Assembly: GCA_964016885.1 (NCBI GenBank)
Contig: OZ024740.1
Span: forward strand, 227,602,001 to 227,666,000
Direction of reading: 5' to 3'
From: Eledone cirrhosa
Taxonomy: Eukaryota
DNA length: 64,000 nucleotides
Part shown: piece by piece, positions 56,479 to 64,000 of the stretch
How the letters are laid out: each line of letters begins with the position of its first letter
How positions within the stretch are numbered: position 1 is the first letter of the stretch
Notes under the pieces: model-generated
The model's input: the letters and a program-made list of their open reading frames with translations, nothing else
What the model was told of the DNA's origin: nothing
The model's database searches: none
Position numbers and translations under genes: made by a program

Positions 56479-56639
56479 CTGTTAATGTGAAAGTAGGTGG
56501 GATTAGTCATCATTAAAAACTCCCAAATATCATCATCATCATCATGGATATATCATCATCATGGATATATCATCATCATGGATATACACCATACATACTC
56601 GAATATAAGCTGATCTGAATATAAGCACATTGTTTAGAT

Positions 56640-56950
56640 CAGGGATGTGCAACAGGCGGCCCACGGGCCACGATCCGGCCCGCCAGACCAGTCAGAGTGG
56701 CCTGCGATGACCGTTTCTAATTTTTACCTTGTAGGCTTATTTAGAATTTTTTTCGTAACCATAATACAATTTTCTGTTAGTTGACCTATACTAAAGGGCT
56801 TCACTGATAGGGTTATGTGTGTTATAATTTCCCAGTTCCATGTTATCAAAAGAAGTTGTGGTGAATCTTTGGAATAGTGATTAATAAATATTAATGGCCC
56901 TAATAGTTGTTCCAATGTTCAAAAGTGGCCCGCCAGTGCTGCACACTCCT
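56640..56950. mobile_element. hAT-like MITE nested in a pogo-like MITE
   Basis: cagggatgtgcaac..ggcccacgggccacgatccggcccg ... ggcccgcc..tgcacactcct; tttagat on both sides; host MITE ends at ~56586 and ~57045. Confidence 0.7.
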
Positions 56951-57350
56951 TTAGATGCTGTATTCAAGGCCCTCCACCCACCCCCATTTTACCATCAATA
57001 TTTTTTGGGTCACATATTCCTTGGCTATATTCTAGTATATACAAGAATATGATAGTTGAACATTTATCATCTTCATTGCTTTTGTTATCATGTAAACTGA
57101 TAAGTTCATAAGCTGACTATGAAGGAGTGATGCTAAAACTAGAAAATATTGCATGCTTTAATTTCAACTCTTCTTATTAATGATTGGGTTTTTTTGTTTT
57201 TTTCTAGGGACTAGAATTTATTCAACTTAACCCAAAATCTTCTCCAAGTTGATTTTTTTATCTTTCTATCTTTTCTTTTCATTAAGATGTCTAATAATTA
57301 GAGACAAATAACTTTTTAATTGATATACACATATATAATATACATATATA

Positions 57351-58000
57351 TTAATACGGGATGTTTGTTTACAAACACACCGAGCATTATAATAAATGTT
57401 TGGTGAATCCATACGTACATATATATATGTGTGTGCATGTATGTATATATATATACATACTACTGTACGTCTGTATACATATATGTATGTACGTGTACAT
57501 ACTTATATTTAAGTAACAGCCATACTAAGAGTGGGAAATAAAATTTTGTTTCATTTTTTCCGTTTATCGTTTTCGGTGCACCCGGCCGATTAACCCACTC
57601 GATATGCAAATTGGGCTACTCAGCCGTTAATATGCATAAGGAAAGTATATACTTTCGGACGTTCAACTATCTGGCAGGAAGGTATACGTTGCTGACGATA
57701 GCTAACGAGCTTGAAACTAGTACAGCGTTCCTTTGTCAGTGTTGAACAAACGAGCAACGGTGGTTGCTAGACACTACGGCTTAATATGGGATGTTTGTTT
57801 ACAAACACACCGAGCATTATAATAAATGTTTGGTGAATCCATACGTACATATATATATATATGTGCATGTATATATATATATATATACATACTACTGTAC
57901 GTCTGTATACATATATGTATGTACGTATACATACTTATATTTAAGTAACAGCCGTACTAAGAGTGGGAAATGAAATTTTGTTTCATTTTTTTCCGTTTAT
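57351..58000 (+). mobile_element. 1.5 tandem copies of a 430-bp unit carrying a hammerhead (retrozyme/Penelope pLTR-like, family H1)
   Basis: 57351-57567 is repeated at 57781-58000; the hammerhead lies between them. Confidence 0.75.
57686..57728 (+). ncRNA. Minimal type I hammerhead ribozyme motif (family H1)
   Basis: ACGTTG-CTGACGA-T-AGCT-aacg-AGCT-T-GAAA-CTAGT-A-CAGCGT; stem I 6 bp with one G-U, palindromic stem III ACTAGT, GUA triplet. Confidence 0.8.
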
Positions 58001-58032
58001 ATATATATATATATATATATGTGTATTAATTA

Positions 58033-58280
58033 ATTAAAATAACAGATTAAAGTTTAAGCAAAGAATCGCTGCTTTCACTCTTAACGGGATCTTCTGAAAC
58101 AAGTTTGGTTAGTTTCAGAAGATCCCGTTACGGGTGAAAGCAGCGATTCTTTGCTTAAACTTTAATCTGTTATTTTAATAAATATTTGCTCTACGGTTCT
58201 TATATATTTGATACATATTTATCCTTATCGAGCCCTCTGGATTTTAGTCTTCGAATTTATTATTATTACTATATATATAT
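58033..58280. mobile_element. Foldback repeat family H3 with variant hammerhead-like motifs in both arms
   Basis: Arms 58033-58100 and 58112-58179; AGTTT-CAGAAGA-T-CCCG-tta-CGGG-T-GAAA-GCA..TGCT-T-AAACT at 58111-58161. Confidence 0.7.
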
Positions 58281-58287
58281 GTATATA

Positions 58288-58980
58288 GTTTTAATATAGA
58301 TGAGATTCTACAGGACTAGAACTGTTTCATTCTTTAGAAATCATCAGGAATCTGGGTATCAAAAAATAAATATGGTATTTATAGGTCTCTTCAGGTGGTA
58401 GGAGAGAGTGGGGATTGGGATGGGTAGAGGTCATTGGTTGATAGAAAAGGGAATTCATTAAAAGCTAATTCTTTAAAGCTATAATTTATATTTAGAGTAA
58501 CAAAGGCAGAAAGAATTCTATAAACAAGTTCAGAATGTGGTGCCACTCCTTATTTTTAAGTTTCTCTTAAGCTAACAATGCCTATATTTCAGGTGTCTAT
58601 AAGATCGTTGGGGGTCGGTCATGGTTGATGGATTTAAAGAAAAGGGAAATTCTTTACTTTAAATCTGAACTTGTTTATAGAATTCTTTCTGTCTTTGTCA
58701 CCCCTAAATATAAATCATAGCTTTAAAGAATTAGCTTTTAATGAATTCCCTTTTTTATCAACCAATGACCTCCACCCATCCCACTCCCTACCCTCTCCTA
58801 CCACCTGAAGGGACCTATAAATACCATATTTATTTTTTGATACCCAGATTCCTGATGATTTCTAAAGAATGAAACAATTCTAGTCCTGTGGAATCTCATC
58901 TATATTAAAACTTTTATACTCTGCTATGTATTGAGTTCCTTACTTACTGTGGTTACCTCCAATTCAACCCGGAATAACGT
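58288..58980. mobile_element. Foldback element of family H2: ~247-bp inverted arms with a ~130-bp spacer
   Basis: 58288-58534 is the reverse complement of 58664-58911; followed by the family H2 terminal sequence. Confidence 0.88.
58304..58352 (-). ncRNA. Type I hammerhead ribozyme motif (family H2), sense to the JARID2 pre-mRNA
   Basis: Minus strand: GATTC-CTGATGA-T-TTC-taaa-GAA-T-GAA-ACAG-ttctagtc-CTGT-A-GAATC; all three stems pair; GUA triplet. Confidence 0.78.
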
Positions 58981-58981
58981 A

Positions 58982-59023
<42 letters not shown>

Positions 59024-59094
59024 TTTATAAATAAGAGGAAAGCACGAACGGGGGATAATTTCCCTTCATCAGTTGTCTGCTGGAGATCATGGAC

Positions 59095-59129
<35 letters not shown>

Positions 59130-59645
59130 TATTGATAGTTTGTCGTACTGGGACCGGGAAGACCACAAATCAAAGAATTACTTGATACATGGTATGAAGA
59201 AGAGTGGTTATATTGGTAAAAGTAAAGGATCAGCTAGTTACCACCTCTCTCTCTCTCTGTATATATGTATATATACTCTTTTACCTGTTTCAGCCATCCG
59301 GCTGAGGCCATACATATATATATATAATAGTGATGTATATGAAAAGAATATACACTAGGTTTATGTATAATAAACACATGAGAGCCTGGCTTTGAAAGAA
59401 AAAATAATTTTTACTATGAAAATATTTGTTTCACTTTTTAGTGGGGATGTCAACATGTCACAGCTATATTGAACATTTCCTGGAGATAAAATTTGTTTTT
59501 CTTTCACAGCAAGGCACTTGCCTAATGTGCCATGCTGTAGGATGGAATCCAAAAGACACATGGCTGCAAAGTGAACTTCTTAACAACGCAGCCATGTTTA
59601 AACCTCATATTACAAGGAAATATTAACAATGATTTTTTCACTTAC

Positions 59646-59760
59646 CAAATGAGATCAGCCCCAGTATGTAAATAATGGATGTAGGGCAAACAATGTCTGC
59701 TGGTAGACCAGCAGGAAGTTGTGAATAGCATTCCAATATGGAGCACAGGCAGTGTAACAC
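59646..59760 (-). CDS. JARID2: JARID2 exon ([37 protein letters not shown]), JmjC core
   Basis: tttag|GT...TG|gtaagt; 115 nt, phase 1/2; the Fe-binding HxD/E is replaced by S-T-S, as expected for JARID2. Confidence 0.96.
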
Positions 59761-59804
59761 CTAAACAGGAGGGAAAACAAAATTAATGAATACAATAATA
59801 ATTA

Positions 59805-60390
59805 CATCATCATCTGGTTTAATGTCTTCTTTACTTTTTACAAGCATTGGATGTTTTGGTAGCCTCTTTCAAAGCATCTCTCCAGAATGTTCATTCTAGG
59901 GATAAGTTTTGGTCCAGGCCCCAGACTTTCAGATCATACCTGATTACCTCTTCCCAGGTCCTACCTGGGAACCCCCTTCTCCGCCTACCAAGGGCCACAC
60001 TACAGTTCATATGTCCAAACCAATGCAGTCTGTGTGATCTTAAAACAGAGTTGAGTGCTGGTATCTTTAATTTTTGGTAGAGAGATGCCATGTGGATTCT
60101 GAGATTTGGACACCACATATCCAGCAAACCATAGCATTTTCATTTCTCTCCAGTTGCAATTTATGCTCAATCTGGAGGCCCAACACTTACTACCACACAA
60201 CAAAACAGATCCAACACAAACATTAAACACCCTGCCTCTTGCTTCAAGGCACAGGCAGCTTCTAGTCAGGATTGGTATAGGCTCTCGAAATAACTCCATG
60301 CAGATGATCTGCATCTGGCAATAGAAGCAGAAGAATAGCCTCCACTTGTTCCTATCATGTCACACAGGTAGCAAAGGCTGTTAAAATTCA
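59805..60390 (-). mobile_element. Degraded RTE-clade LINE fragment with 3' (gat)n tail
   Basis: RGRVFNVCVGSVLLCGSKCW..RLHWFGHM..RRRGFPGRTWEEVIRYDLK; homologous to 33200-33975. Confidence 0.85.
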
Positions 60391-60753
60391 AAATACAGTA
60401 GAACTTCAGTTCATAAACTTAATTAGGTCTTGAAAGCTGTTCATCATTAGAAATGTTTGTTAACTGAAACTATTTTTCCCATACAAAATGTTGAAAGAGA
60501 AATACAATTAGAGAAAGATTGTGTGAAAGACAGATAGATATCACCATAGAAACTAACTACAATCACGTGACACTTTCCCGCCAATACTCCAAGTTTGTCG
60601 GCAACAGTTGTTGCAAGCTTACATGTTTGTTACTCAAGACGTTTTATGTTCGGAAAAATTGTTTGTAAACTGATTTGTTTGTGATGAGAGGCTTTCATGA
60701 ACCAAGGTTCCACTGTATATAGATTTACTGTAATATAATCAATATATACTCAC

Positions 60754-60824
60754 CAGGTATTGGTCCCAAATGTCTTAATACTGATAAAGGATTTTGAGAT
60801 AATACGTTGAAGTTCCAGCCATGT
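60754..60824 (-). CDS. JARID2: JARID2 exon (HGWNFNVLSQNPLSVLRHLGPIP)
   Basis: ttttag|A...G|gtgagt; 71 nt, phase 2/1; GWNL..L..S.LRHLG motif of JARID/KDM5 JmjC. Confidence 0.95.
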
Positions 60825-61174
60825 CTAAAATAAACAATACAAACAACTAGAATTTAGACAGATATTTTAATCTTTAATTTTCATTTTCTTCAATCTCAGT
60901 AAATAGAAACTATTATATATTAGCAACATCAAGGACTAGACAGGAAGGATCTTGGCAAAGTATATGGCTGTAGTACGAGACCACAATGTGTGGCAAAGAA
61001 TGATGACTGTGTCTGACACCCCAAACTTCAACCCTCAACCATGAGGATGGGATTTACTCATTATTCTTTCAAGTATCTAGAAAACTAATGAGATATATAG
61101 TAGTTTAAGACAATCAGATTTTAGGTACTTTTACTGGAAGTCTCTTGACATACAACATTTACATTAGCTCTCTT

Positions 61175-61500
61175 ATCGGTAGAGTGTCAGACGCCATGCT
61201 TTGCACCATAGAGTTACGACCCTTTAAGATCCGAGTTCAAATCCCGCCAAGGTTAACTTTGCTTTTCATCCTTACGGAATCGATAAAATAAAGTACCAGT
61301 CATGCACTTGGCCTTGTGTCAAAAGTAGAAATAATTATCATTATTATTATTATTATTATTATCCCATTGAGGTTAGCTTTGCCTTTCATCCTTACGGGGT
61401 CGATAAAATAAAGTACCAGTAATGCACTGGGTTCATTTAATCAACTTTCCCCTCCCCCAAAATTTTTGGCCTTGTACCTAAATCATAAACCATTATCATA
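61175..61500 (+). mobile_element. SINE family B, one near-full copy plus a second partial copy
   Basis: atcggtagag..gagttcaaatcccgcc; the core ctttcatccttacgg..tcgataaaataaagtaccagt occurs twice. Confidence 0.85.
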
Positions 61501-61514
61501 AATATTACACTTAC

Positions 61515-61633
61515 TTGGTATATGGGCTATCTTTCTTACAAGGAAAGAATGTGCCCTGGTTCCCTGAGTTAATATGTCCACACTGGACAACAACATGTGA
61601 TGAAGCTTCTTCAACGACTTTCCAATAATCTGA
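61515..61633 (-). CDS. JARID2: JARID2 exon (SDYWKVVEEASSHVVVQCGHINSGNQGTFFPCKKDSPYT)
   Basis: tttcag|TCA...AA|gtaagt; 119 nt, phase 0/2; matches the YWRLVEE..HVAVHCG motif. Confidence 0.93.
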
Positions 61634-61931
61634 CTGAAATTACAGGAGAAATATATATATATATAATATATACATATTACTAATACAGATTAAAAGTTTA
61701 AGCAAGGAATTTTTGAGTTTTAGATGATCCCGCTTTGGGTGAAAGCAGAAATTAATTGCTTAAACTTTTAATCTGTACTAGTAATAAATATTTGCTCTAC
61801 AGGTTTATATATAAAAGTCCTCTTTGGATTTTGGTCTTTCTATTTATTACGACAATATATATAGATAGATAGACAGGTAGAGAGATATATACAAACACAC
61901 ATGTATAAATACATACATACGCACACTATAT

Positions 61932-62268
61932 CATTCATCATTTCATTTTACGTTCACTTTTCCCTGCTTGCAAGGGTGGGACGGGAACTGATTCTGGCTA
62001 GATTTCTACAGCTGGATGCCCTTCCTAACACCAACCTCATTTACAGTGAGTGCTGGGTGCTTTTTTGCCGTGGCACCTCCACGACCACTTTGTAGTGGAA
62101 TGATAGGGACCCCAGTCCCTATCATCTCATTTTTACAGCTGAGTAAACTGGAGCAATGTGAAATAAAGTGTCTTGCTCAAGGAAACAACATATCACCTGG
62201 TCTGAGAATTGAATTCACAACCTTTCGATTGCAAGGCCAATGCTCTAACCACTAAGCCATGTGCCTCC
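61932..62268 (-). mobile_element. SINE family A, full length
   Basis: Reverse complement of the consensus. Confidence 0.93.
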
Positions 62269-62303
<35 letters not shown>

Positions 62304-62864
62304 CATTACATTTCACAGGAGAGCGAGCATGTCTGACCATTAATAAGAGTTGACAAAATCTGAGATTCATACCTCATAACAGGTTTATTTTATATTTGGT
62401 GAGGTAAGGGAGTGATTGAGAGAGGGAACCAGCAGGCGCGTATACAGTGTGTGTGTGTGCGTGTGTGTGTGTGTGGGTCTCAGGTTCAATTGGGGGTAAC
62501 CACAGTAAGTAAGGTACTCAATACATTAGTAGAGTGTATGCAACAAAATTTAATATCGAAATGGCTTCTACAGAACTAGAACTGTTTCATTTGAAGGAAA
62601 TCATAAGGAAAAGCCCTGGAATACATCTACTGCCGCGACTCACCATAGTGTAAATTTTCACGCGTGCATAGATTAAGCAACCAAGTAACTATGGCTATGC
62701 TGGGGCACCATCTTAAATGGCTTCTAGTAGATCATATCAACCATAGTACTTATTTTTTTATAGTAGTTGGCATTAAGAAAGACATGTCCATCTGACATGT
62801 CTGGTCTCAGAACATCACAACCTGTCCACCCACAATGCAAGCATGCAAACTGGTGATGATGACA

Positions 62865-62908
<44 letters not shown>

Positions 62909-63307
62909 TATATGTGTGTGTCATCATCATCATCATTTAACATCCGATCTCTCTGCTAGCAAGAGTTGGAAGGGTCTTCACAGACAAGGTCAGTACTGAA
63001 GCATAGCTACTGACCTCATAGACAGACTGGGGTCTGCACCCTGCTTACATAAGCTCTTACACTCTATCACATGCATTTTATCCTGTCACCAGCACTAGAG
63101 AAGTTGTCATGTCGTTGACACAACTGAAGGGTTCTCCCATCCTTTTGTTTGACAAGCTTTCTACAGCTGGATGCCCTTACTATCACCAACAACTTTACAG
63201 CATGCACTGAGTGCATTTATTGTGTAGATCACCAAAACTGGAGAGATTGTCATGTCTTTGACACAACTGAAGGGTCCTCCTAACGTTTGATTTGGCAGCA
63301 GACATAC

Positions 63308-63400
63308 CTCAACTTGTTCTGGAGTTGGATCATCCCGGAACCACATAGACTGCACATTCCGAGACACTCTTTGGAAAGCATTGATGGAAGTTGTTTTACC
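63308..63400 (-). CDS. JARID2: JARID2 exon (GKTTSINAFQRVSRNVQSMWFRDDPTPEQVE), region between ARID and JmjC
   Basis: tttcag|GGT...GAG|gtatgt; 93 nt, phase 0/0; resembles JARID2 [21 protein letters not shown]. Confidence 0.9.
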
Positions 63401-64000
63401 CTGAAATTTTAAAATTAAATTCATGATTCAAATTCTTGAGGCAATTTTCATTTAAACACCAAATCAAAATGACATATATCTTGGCCTGTTATACATTAAT
63501 GGCTAACTAAATGAAGCTAAATTGCTAATAAATCTCAGTGATGGCAATCGTCATTATGATTATATTCTTTCTAAGCTGGCAAGAGTTGGACAAAAATTGT
63601 TATTCTCTGTTTCTCTTAGAAAAGATTTAAACCAATTAACGTTTATTTTCCATGCTTGTATGCGTTAGACAGATTGCCACGTTTTAAAGGTAGACAAGTC
63701 AGGTGATCATATCTTGCTCGTATATCTCATTTTTGGCTTGGTTTCTATGGCTAGATGTCCTTCCTAATCCAGCCACTTTACAGCATATGCTGGGAACATG
63801 GTTTCTATGGCTGGCTGGCTTTCCTTACACAAACATCTTTACAGCGTGTACTGGGAACATTTATAGCGACTGTAGCACTACCACCTTACAATGCCAACTG
63901 GAAAGGTTAAAAAGAAAAGAGATTAAAAATATACTGGAGCATGATTTGCATGGCTGGATGTTCAATAACCTTAGTGTGTACTGAGAACATTTATCTTGAC

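Noticed and set aside
59045-59080. CTGATGA plus a GGG/CCC stem on the minus strand
   Set aside because: No GAAA or stem III follows; at most a decayed hammerhead.

Overview
AT-rich eukaryotic genomic DNA, most likely from an octopus (coleoid cephalopod). This is inferred from the (TA)n-saturated introns and the SINE, RTE-LINE and Penelope repeat content. The only well-supported gene is the 3' half of JARID2 (Jumonji; catalytically dead JmjC plus C-terminal zinc finger) on the minus strand. Ten coding exons can be spliced by hand from 63400 to the stop at 31641, with GT-AG sites and matching phases. The introns hold several tRNA-derived SINE families, RTE-LINE 3' fragments, a mariner relic, MITEs, and a Penelope-like element (GIY-YIG relic, inverted pseudo-LTRs). 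They also hold a ~7.2 kb array of a 52-bp unit that arose inside a SINE. Highlights: (1) four distinct families of hammerhead-ribozyme-like motifs, three packed side by side at 57.3-59.0 kb, one fully paired and sense to the JARID2 pre-mRNA; (2) a TAC (Tyr) codon at a normally Cys zinc-ligand position that one A-to-I edit would restore, near inverted SINE pairs; (3) a graded SINE-to-satellite series. Positions 1-31 kb contain no confidently identifiable coding sequence. All structures were read by eye; no alignment or folding program was run.
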